A program made the translations under genes and the position numbers. The notes beneath the pieces are model-generated. The model ran no database searches and was not told where the DNA came from. It saw only the letters and a program-made list of their open reading frames with translations. DNA of 64,000 bases from the NCBI GenBank assembly GCA_963811165.1, contig CAWEQH010000010.1:448001-512000 (forward strand), given 5' to 3'. Shown here piece by piece: positions 9,866 through 18,340 of the stretch (position 1 is its first letter; each line of letters starts with the position of its first letter). The DNA comes from an uncultured Nitrospiraceae bacterium (lineage in GTDB: Bacteria > Nitrospirota > Thermodesulfovibrionia > Thermodesulfovibrionales > UBA6898).

Positions 9866-10714
9866 TTAGAGTATCCCAACTGCTCTTTCCTCTTCAAGCC
9901 TGATAAACTCAGCTGGTGTTAGATCGCCAAATGAACTATGAGGCCGCTCATTGTTGTAATCGAGCCGGTGGTCTTCTGCGATCCCACGGGCATGCCCTAC
10001 GCTCATGAACCAGTGCAGATTCAGACATTCATCCCTGAACTTGCCGTTGAAACTCTCCATATAGGCATTATCAACAGGCTTCCCAGGCCGAATGAAGTGA
10101 AGCTTCACACCGCGCTCATACGCCCATGCATCCAAGGCGTTGCTTATAAACTCGGGGCCGTTGTCAACGACAATTCGGTCAGGCAGCCCACGAAACGCTG
10201 CTATCTGGCTTAAGACTGTACAAACCCGCTTGCCTCCAATCGATGTGTCCACCTCGATCCTGAAACATTCCTTTGTATACGTGTCGATTATCGGCAAGAA
10301 CCTCAGCTTCCTTCCGTTATACATTGCGTCATGGAGAAAATCCATCGCCCAGAGCTCGTTTGCTTTACTCGCCGCTGAGATTTCAACTCTTCGCTGTGAT
10401 GCCAGTTTCTTTCTCCTTCGAACCCTTAATAACAGCCGCTCCTCACGGTAGAGCCGTTCTGTCCGCTTATGATTGACCACCAGTCCCTCTCTCTTTAACA
10501 TTACATGCAGTCTCCGGCATCCAAATCGCTTCCTCTGCTCGGCTATCTCCTTCATCCGCTTCCGAAGAGCCTCGTCGGCGTCCGGTCTTGGTTCATATCG
10601 CAGGGTGTTCCTGCACAGTCCTATAAGGCGACTTGCCCGCCTCTGACTCAGCCCAAAGCTGCCTATAACAAATGCCACTGCTTCCCTGCGTGCCTTGGGC
10701 CTTAGAAGTTTTTT
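9866..10714 (-). CDS. IS3 OrfB, DDE integrase core, reached by -1 frameshift
   Basis: WAMDF, VDNGPEF, PGKPVDNAYMESFNGKFRDECLN, YNNERPHSS; slippery AAAAAAC at 10708-10714. Confidence 0.92.
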   Translation of the reverse strand, partial: KKLLRPKARREAVAFVIGSFGLSQRRASRLIGLCRNTLRYEPRPDADEALRKRMKEIAEQRKRFGCRRLHVMLKREGLVVNHKRTERLYREERLLLRVRRRKKLASQRRVEISAASKANELWAMDFLHDAMYNGRKLRFLPIIDTYTKECFRIEVDTSIGGKRVCTVLSQIAAFRGLPDRIVVDNGPEFISNALDAWAYERGVKLHFIRPGKPVDNAYMESFNGKFRDECLNLHWFMSVGHARGIAEDHRLDYNNERPHSSFGDLTPAEFIRLEEERAVGIL

Positions 10715-10969
10715 GAGACGACCGCCTTTAAAGCCTGATTATCAAGGGTCAGATCAGCCACAAGATGCTTCAGACGCCGGTTCTCATCTTCCAGCTGCTT
10801 CAGCTTCCTTGCATCGCTTACGGTCATCCCTCCGTATTTTGCCTTCCAGTTGTAATAGGTCTGATCGCTGACCCCATACTTCCGACAAAGTTCCGTTACT
10901 GAGAATCCCTGCCTCTGCTTCCTTGATTATGCTGATAATCTGTTCCTCCGAATATCTGACCTTTTTCAT
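10702..10969 (-). CDS. IS3 OrfA (HTH), with an extra +1 indel near 10905
   Basis: MKKVRYSEEQIISIIKEAEAG / VTELCRKYGVSDQTYYNWKAKYGGM...LKQLEDENRRLKHLVADLTLDNQALK. Confidence 0.85.
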
Positions 10970-11083
10970 CCTTGCCTCCCTGCTTAGAGTGTTTATATTA
11001 TGCCTACACTCTAATTACGTGTGGCACATTTTTCGGGGGGCAGGTCCTCGTTAATCAACTATGGGGAGGCCAAGCTTTTATCT

Positions 11084-11165
11084 GGCTAACATACAAATTC
11101 CGATATTATCGGAGCGGTTTCCGTCTAATAACTGCTTGAATAACATCGGATTTCCGTTGTTAGTG
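11084..11165. other. attC-like imperfect palindrome
   Basis: GGCTAAC...AAATTCCGATATTAT / ATAACATCGGATTT...GTTAGTG, 82 bp, one unpaired base in the left arm. Confidence 0.45.
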
Positions 11166-11279
11166 CAATTACGGTCTAATAACGTTTTTGCGCGGGGAAG
11201 AAGGTGAAAGAATAATGATGAATATCTACTTGATCGCGATATACATACCTCAATCAAGAACAAAGGATAATACATATAG

Positions 11280-12110
11280 AAGGATTTGGCAGATATCTCG
11301 AATATGTGCAACATTATTTCCTATTCTCTACTAAAGTCAAGTGATGATTTGACTTGCTATCATATTAGAATCTTCTTAAAACAGTCGCGTCTGGATGTTC
11401 GATGCCGTCCAAATATCTTATATCTAATGCCGCTATATATCCTTCACACTTGCAGGAACGAGCCTTATTCGAAGTTTCTATATATCTAGAGTGGATGTTA
11501 AAAGATAATACATTGGAAAAAGCTAAGTATTATTATGTAGCCAACTTAAGACAAGAACGGCTTTGGGCATTGAGGACTCAGGATGCATAAGTATAAATAA
11601 TGCCTTTAAAAACTGGTTACCGCTTTTTTATTATGGAATAAATATCTCCTCTGGAGTTGTGGGCAGCGTAAAAAATTATTAGAGCAAAAGACAAGCGTCG
11701 CAGTATAGTGAATATACTTTAATTAAGGAAGCTAATATGTGTCTTTAAACAAAAAGAAATTGAATTAGATCCTCCCGGCATAAAATTTGGACGGGCAACG
11801 TTCGTCAAAGAGCAATTAAAACCTCACGAATACACACTTTTCGTTAATTACAATCTTTTATGCACGCAACACGAAAAGGGTATGTCTTTTTAAAATGGGT
11901 TCATGTTATTTATCCTGTTAGATCCTTGAAAGACATCTAAGAGTTTTTCTTTATTCTATATCTATCGAATTATTAAAAATAGCTATACAACATCATTATA
12001 GGAGACGAGCGTACGGCGTATCTAAAAAATATGTTGAAGATTGGAGAAAGCCTTTTCGCAACATTAAGATAGCTAAATATTATGATGCGAATGAGTCTGA
12101 TCTAATAATT
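11280..12110 (+). pseudogene. Degraded AT-rich gene, DUF5677-like
   Basis: Fragment LISNAAIYPSHLQERALFEVSIYLEWMLKDNTLEKAKYYYVANLRQERLW; many frameshifts; boundaries approximate. Confidence 0.4.
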
Positions 12111-12266
12111 TAAACAGAATATGACAAGACGATTTTTATAACTCCTTCCTGTAACTGAGACATATGGAACACTTATTATCGACAACTATATTTACGGTAA
12201 CTTCATGGGTTAGCGTTGAACGAACTTAGTTTAGAACATTAGCAATCTCCGTGTCGAGGATTTACC

Positions 12267-13456
12267 TTGAAGATAGGTACGATAATATCAAACGGAATCA
12301 TCATTGTCCTTCTCTTGGCCTCGACATCTGCCGTTGCCCAAATACTTCCTGAAGACCCATCCAAAGGGGGCCAGCTGTTTGTAAGCAAGGGATGCGTGAA
12401 ATGCCATGCCGTCAAAGGTGAGGGAGGAAAGACCGGGCCGGATCTTGGCATTATCAGTCTCGGCGGCACCCAGACTGGATCTGGCAGCGGAGATCTGGAA
12501 CCATACTCCCTCCATGATCGCGGGCATGGAACAAGAGGGGATCACCAAACCAACGCTGACCGGTCAGGAATTTACCGAGATCACCGCCTATCTCTATTTT
12601 CTCAGATTCTTTGATAAGCCCGGAGATGCCGCTCAGGGGAATACCTCTTCGACTCAGAAGGGCTGCAACTCCTGTCATCGTGTCTCGGGCAGAGGCAAAG
12701 ACGGCGGGCCCGGGCTCGATGAGTTTCCCCGGAACGCTTCGCCGGTTTTCATGAGCCAGGCGATGTGGAATCACAGCCTGCGGATGATGGCCCGCATGGT
12801 GCGGAGCGGAAAGAGTGGCCCAATTTTGAACGGAAACTGAGATGATGGATACGCTGGCTTATATCAAGACAAAGGCAAAGGGGGCGGAAGAGCCTTTTTT
12901 CTTCAAACCCGGTAATCCCAAGGAAGGCAGGGCGGTCTTCAATGCCAAGGGATGTACCAAGTGCCATTCAGTCCATGGCGAAGGCGCAAAGGAAGGCATC
13001 GATCTCGGGAAAAGAGCGGAGTCCTTTTATACGAGCCTCACCCAGATCGCTTCGAGCATGTGGAACAAGAGCCCTGAGATGATCCTGTTCACGAGAGCCC
13101 CAACGCAAGTGCGAGGTTCCCCGGTTCACCGCGAAAGAAATGACCGATCTCCTCGCCTATCTTTACTTCCTCCATTATACGGATGAGCCCGGGGATGCAT
13201 CGAAAGGGAAAAAGATCTTTTCAGACTATCGGGTGCGCACAATGTCACGGACTGGACGGGAAACGCGGAACACTGATGTATATCGATCTCTCCAAATACC
13301 GGAACAGCCAGCCGACCGAAATCGTAGCCAGTATCTGGAATCACAGCATCAAAATGCAGAGAGGCGACAGGAGAGAAAGGTGTTCCCTGGCCTCAACTTA
13401 AAAAAGGAGAGATGGCGGACCTTCTGGAATTTATCCGGACTCCCGTAAAGAAATAA
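12267..13456 (+). pseudogene. Four-heme cytochrome c with repeated domains, about 5 frameshifts
   Basis: Signal peptide; CVKCH, CNSCH, CTKCH, CAQCH in successive frames, each followed by (I/M)WN(H/K). Confidence 0.8.
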
Positions 13457-13643
13457 CGGCCGGTCAAAACCTCCCCCGCGATCCCCTGAGTCTCGTCGTT
13501 AACGATTATGTTTAGAGAAATCATAATAGATTCGATATGCATGATCTATCATTATGTCGGTGCTATACGTAACAAAATGGATTGAACCTCAAGTGCACTG
13601 AGGGTCATGATAAATCCTGCTTTTTCAAATAGAAAGAGGAGGA

Positions 13644-14627
13644 ATGATGACCAAAGCAGGTTCAATTCTCAGAGCAATCGTCAGTGACATCGAAGTAGTC
13701 AATTACCAGCCCCCCATTGATCGTATTCTTCAGAGGATCTCTAAGTTAGACCTTCCCGGCAGAGAGCATTTCGAGAGCTACATGCGCAACAAGTGGAGAA
13801 TGAACCACAGGCCAAGTACTCTTAAAGGCAGCTTCGTCGCTGTGAGTTCCTTTCTCATTTTCTATGGTGGCCAGGGGAAGAGTCATATCGAGGCGATTGC
13901 CAGTAACGACCTGGAGGCGTTTGTCGAACGCGAGCAGGATCGGGGCTTAAGACAACACGTCCTGAACATACGGCTAGTGCTTTTTGCTTTTCTTTGTTTT
14001 CTGATCGAACAGGATATCATTACTGTCAGATACAAATACAAGATTTAAAATCGAAGATCCCGATTCCTGCCGAGGGCCATTGCGCCGGGCGATGTCAGAA
14101 AGATTCTTGGTGTCATTAAGGAGATTCGTGACCGTGCCCTAATCCTCGTGCTCTTACGGACAGGCATGAGAATCGGTGAGCTTCTCAGCTTGAAGATGAT
14201 AGATCTTGATGTCCGTGAGAGGAAGATACACATCTATGAGGGCGAAAAGAACTATCTTGGGCGAGTGGTTTATCTGAGTGATGATGCACTGATGGCCTTA
14301 GGGCGCCGGGTTAAACAGAGAAATAAACAATAAATATCTCTTCATGGTCTGAGGATACTTATGTTATACCTCGGCCCGAAAAACTTTACATAGTTTAGAG
14401 AAAAGGGCTCCAACACAAAGGCTACACAATCCACAGCCTTCGGCATACCTTCGCAAGTGAACTGCTCAATGCCGGCATGCGCCTGGAATGTCTTGCAGTT
14501 ATTGTTGGGCCACCGCGATATAGAGATGACCCGACGATATGCCCGTCTGACAGATAAGAGCCGTGAAGAGGAATACTTCCGTGCCATGGAAATCATCGAG
14601 CAAGGAGGCATTAATGGGGCTTACTGA
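13644..14627 (+). pseudogene. Tyrosine recombinase 1 (XerC/D-like), frameshifted
   Basis: RDRALILVLLRTGMRIGELL; HSLRHTFASELLNAG...LLGHRDIEMTRRYARL. Confidence 0.85.
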
Positions 14628-15496
14628 TCTGATTGCCAAGTACCGAAGGTTCCTAAAGCGAAGGAACTGTTCGGCCAACACTGTAAAAAACTACATGAAT
14701 ATCCTCGGTCACTTCAATGTCTGGTCGCAGGTTTCTTTGGAGCAAATAACCCACAAAGAAACCGATGCGTATATGGACCATCTATTGAGAAGGAGAATGA
14801 AACCAAAGACTATCAACTGTCATTTCGGCTGCATCCATGCCTTCTACGATTATCTGATCGAAGATGAGAGAATGCCTCTTACCAATCCGGTAAGAAAGAA
14901 TTATAGGCTTCGTCTGCCCAGGCCATTGCCCAAACATCTAAGAGACGAACAGATTGTGACTCTCTTTAGGGAGATCAACGACACCAGAGATCGAGCCATG
15001 TTCATGCTAATGCTCAGGTGTGGTCTGCGTGTTGAAATGTTGACGATGACAGTAGATGCGATAGAGTATCGAGAGACAGCTTTATGTCTTCAATGCAGAG
15101 GCGGCAAGGACAGGGTTGTCTACCTGAGTGAAGATGCCCAGAGTGCCTTAGAGGCGTATATGCAGAAACGGAAATGGTCGAAGGAGAAAAGAGTGTTCTT
15201 AGTGCAGAAGGGGCCGCTGAGGGGAAAGCCGATATCAGTTCGCGGCATTCAAAAGAGGATTGAACACTACGCACAGAGGACTGGAACAAGCTGTATCCTG
15301 TCATCACTTGAGACATACTATGGCGACACAGCTCCTGAACGCCGATGCCGATCTCGTTACCATACAGGATCTATTGGGCCACAGCCGGATTACAACAACT
15401 CAATGTTACTGTAGAGTCTCCAATCTCAAAGTACAGAGAGATTACTTCAAGGCCATAGAGATTGTATTGCAGAGGACCCAACCGATAAGAAGCTGA
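14614..15496 (+). pseudogene. Tyrosine recombinase 2 (XerC/D-like), frameshifted
   Basis: SANTVKNY, LPRPLPKHL, RDRAMFMLMLRCGLR, HHLRHTMATQLLNAD...LLGHSRITTTQCY; RBS GGAGG, start overlaps the end of recombinase 1. Confidence 0.85.
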
Positions 15497-15759
15497 TAAC
15501 TTTGAATGGGAACAAAAAGAGCTTATAAATAGTAGGCTTTAACCTACTGACAACAAAAGAAAAAGCAGGTTTTGTTACGTATAGCGTGGTGGATCAAACA
15601 AAAAGCCCGTGCGGAGTTCGGGGCGAAAGACGTGCCAGGGCATAAGATGAGATCTATGCAACATTCTTTTCTCTGAATCCTCGTCGCCGAACATGATATA
15701 ATTGCGAAGTTCAGTTGGCTCAACAGAAGCACATTTGCATTTAAACAAGTGGAGGGACT

Positions 15760-16023
15760 ATGGACACAAACCAATTCGGCATCATTATTGAGAGAGCATT
15801 CGCCCGTTATGTAGCTTTAAGCCTCATTGTTTCAGCCCCATTCACAGTTATAATTGCACAGGCGGCACTCGCGATAAGAGAAATTGCAATCAATTCCCGC
15901 AAGACATATAACTCCAACGATTCGGAGTACAATCTTATTAGATGGATCGGCATGGCACTGGTCTATATTGGAATATTCTCTTTTATCTTTGGGATTGTTC
16001 TCCTCTTACGAATGATTGAGTGA
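15760..16023 (+). CDS. Small hypothetical membrane protein (2 TM)
   Basis: 87 aa, RBS GGAGGG, two hydrophobic segments. Confidence 0.6.
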   Translation: MDTNQFGIIIERAFARYVALSLIVSAPFTVIIAQAALAIREIAINSRKTYNSNDSEYNLIRWIGMALVYIGIFSFIFGIVLLLRMIE

Positions 16024-16270
16024 ACACCTCACCGCTCTTAGTTCGGGCGAGATATGGCATACATAAACAAGCCCTCTGCATTTTACGCCTCCCGCGATAA
16101 CCATAAGAGGGGGTGCTTCCTTCCTGAAAGCCCCGATAAATGAATTTGGTATAATTTGCATTGAACACATGGCAATTCACAACCGGGCTTCAGTCAGGTT
16201 AGAATAATATCATGAAAGTTCGGATGCCTTGATTGACATCTTGATCAATGCGAAAGTGGATGGAGGGCAT

Positions 16271-16672
16271 ATGAAAAAAGTGTTGTCTCTCGCAATCCTT
16301 GGAGTTCTCGTTTTGCTGACGGCGTGTGCGAAAATACAGGGCACCAGCGATGTGCCACGCGTTACAAAGGACGCGCTGAGGGCTCAACTTGCGTCATCGG
16401 GTCTGGTTCTTCTTGATGTGAGGACAAAGAACGACTGGGAAATGAGTAACGAAAAGATTGCCGGCGCCGTACGAATGGATCCACAGACGGTTGATGCCTG
16501 GGCCGGCACCTTGCCGAAAGACAAGGATATAGTCCTTTACTGCGCCTGACCAAATGAGGGCACGAGCGCCCGTGTGGCGAAACAACTGATTGCGAAAGGC
16601 TTCAAAGCAAAGGCTCTCAAAGGTGGCTGGAGAGAATGGTCCGAGGCCAAATACCCCGTCGAAAAGAAGTAA
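16271..16672 (+). CDS. Rhodanese-like lipoprotein, probable selenoprotein (in-frame TGA 16547-16549)
   Basis: Lipobox LLTAC; LLDVR...IAGAVR...IVLYCA-TGA-PNEGTSARVA...ALKGGWREW; frame stays open to TAA at 16670-16672. Confidence 0.85.
16550..16577 (+). promoter_or_regulatory. Putative bacterial SECIS hairpin
   Basis: GCACG-AGCGCC-CGTGT stem-loop starting ~11 nt after the UGA. Confidence 0.55.
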
Positions 16673-16864
16673 TCGATATTAAGCCATCGCCAGCGGTGGC
16701 ATGTTATTCTTGAGGTCTTGAGGTAAAATCTTTTATGGAATCGATAAAGAACCCCATCCTCTAAGAATATATTTGCAGTATTGCCCGGGCCGATGCACAC
16801 CCAAGTCTTGAGGCATGCTTGTTCCAGCCGCTGATAGGCGGGACGAAATTTCAAAGGCTCACGC

Positions 16865-17377
16865 TCAGCCCTTCAGGTCTTCGATGGTGAGTTCCACTTC
16901 TCCGGTTGAAGGATTTTCGACACTCCATCTCAAGGCCCATCGCGAGACCGGGGTCTGTACCGCTATGGAAGAGCCGGAAGGCCGGTATTAAGCCCACGCC
17001 GCGAGCTCGAACCTCCAGTTCAGGGCCGCACGGTAACCAAACATATGGATCTTGCTGGCTGCCCCGGGGTGTGCAGGAATAAGGAGGTCGAACACATCCC
17101 AACTTGCCGTCCCGCCGGGACGGATTGATGAATAAGCCGATTGCAAGAAGGAACTCGTAACATCCTGGACGGTCCCTCCCTCCTGGCCGAGTGTGGCGTG
17201 CGGCTCAACGTTGACCACCTCGGAACCACACATATTGCGAATAGTCAGAATCGCTCTGGTAAAAGGGACCTCCCTGCCGTCACTCGCCCGTATATGTGAA
17301 GCCACTGACTGAAGTGAGATATCAAGACAACTGTTCCTTTCACCGGTTGTTGCGCCTTCGCCTGGTGTATCCGGCAT
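16865..17377 (-). pseudogene. Hypothetical protein with one internal TAA (16988-16990)
   Basis: RBS GGAGG; the frame continues after AAWA* as YRPSGSS...ELTIEDLKG*. Confidence 0.55.
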
Positions 17378-17461
17378 AATGCACGTCCTCCTTTCGTTTG
17401 CCTGTATTTATCGAAATTATAAGTTCGTTCGTAAATAAGTTAAAATGATCATGATACTCAC

Positions 17462-17586
17462 TGGATCCCCGCTTGAGACCTGCGGGAATGACAAATAAAA
17501 AACAAGCATTTAAGATTGTCATCCTCGGGCTTGCCCCGGGATCCATAGCAGAACACTGGATTCCCGGATCAAGTCGCCGGAATGAT
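17462..17586. repeat. Cluster of three REP-like palindromes (GTCAT.CC...GGATCCA / TGGATTCC...GGAATGA)
   Basis: Units at ~17462-17492, 17518-17545, 17557-17586; same family as 41204-41284. Confidence 0.75.
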
Positions 17587-17610
17587 AACTAACTCTTTTT
17601 TGTAAGCCCA

Positions 17611-18258
17611 CTACCCCTTATCTGAAGATACCGAAAGAAAAATCTGTCCCTTTCCTGACAACCATGCCGTATCCTGGAGTTCCCCGGCCTCCAGGGGTTT
17701 ACCATCGAGGATGATTCGTCTGCATCCCCGCCAGAAATCCTGAGATTGCCCGGTCGCGAAGCGGATAAATTCTTCGTTGCTGATGACAACACCCCTTTGC
17801 AGCAGGCCGGGGCCCAACTCAGCCATAAGGAGATTGAAGATTTTAATTTGTACAAGACCCTCTCCCTTAACACACTCTTCCTGTGTCTCTCTATAGGTGA
17901 TCGCATTGCGGAAGGAGGAGTATGTGCCTCCCCGCCTGAGCGTCGCGCCGACGAGTCCGGGCATGGCAGCTGAGAGGGCGAGGACCGAGCCGTCTTTTAT
18001 CACCGCTGATTCCAGGTCATCGACCGGGCTACCATCAAGGATAACGGATTGTATCTTTTTGATTGTCTCAATGTCCGTCCCAAGCTCTTCCCTGAGAAAT
18101 GCGGTCACGCTGCATCCGGTGCGGGACCTGATCGTCACCCCCTGTTGAAGCAGAAGGAAAAAATCTGACATAAGTGCTCCATCTACAATAAATGCTATAT
18201 GGGGCCACGATTCTATATTCTTTATGTCCATGTCGGTATGAGTAATCAGGGTCTCCAA
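17611..18258 (-). CDS. Hypothetical protein downstream of AOR, with possible beta-grasp segments
   Basis: 215-aa ORF; internal ILDGSPVDDLESAVIKDGSVLALSAAMPG; start uncertain. Confidence 0.7.
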   Translation of the reverse strand: METLITHTDMDIKNIESWPHIAFIVDGALMSDFFLLLQQGVTIRSRTGCSVTAFLREELGTDIETIKKIQSVILDGSPVDDLESAVIKDGSVLALSAAMPGLVGATLRRGGTYSSFRNAITYRETQEECVKGEGLVQIKIFNLLMAELGPGLLQRGVVISNEEFIRFATGQSQDFWRGCRRIILDGKPLEAGELQDTAWLSGKGQIFLSVSSDKG

Positions 18259-18292
18259 TTATTTGGTGCACCTGCATCTGCGGGGAGCACAA

Positions 18293-18320
18293 AAAAGGAG
18301 GGACGCCGGTCCCTCCTTTT
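18293..18320 (-). terminator. Rho-independent terminator after AOR (likely bidirectional)
   Basis: AAAAGGAGGGAC-GCCG-GTCCCTCCTTTT hairpin with T-tracts on both strands. Confidence 0.8.
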
Positions 18321-18340
18321 ATTAAAACAAATGTTCAGGG

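Larger units (their letters stand above)
9833..11047 (-). mobile_element. IS3-family insertion sequence (IS407-like)
   Basis: Imperfect ~40-bp terminal IRs (TGGACCTACCCCC...GTGCCA...TAATTAGAGT vs ACTCTAATTA...TGGCAC...GGGGGGCAGGTCC), flanking TCG repeats, orfA/orfB organisation. Confidence 0.92.
13538..15660 (+). mobile_element. Putative element with two tyrosine recombinases and terminal inverted repeats
   Basis: Perfect 16-bp IR GCTATACGTAACAAAA (13562-13577) / TTTTGTTACGTATAGC (15570-15585), plus outer imperfect IR 13538-13558 / 15639-15660. Confidence 0.7.

Noticed and set aside
13644..15496. Integron integrase IntI or host xerC/xerD
   Set aside because: No IntI-specific insertion seen; the paired, IR-flanked island context does not fit housekeeping Xer
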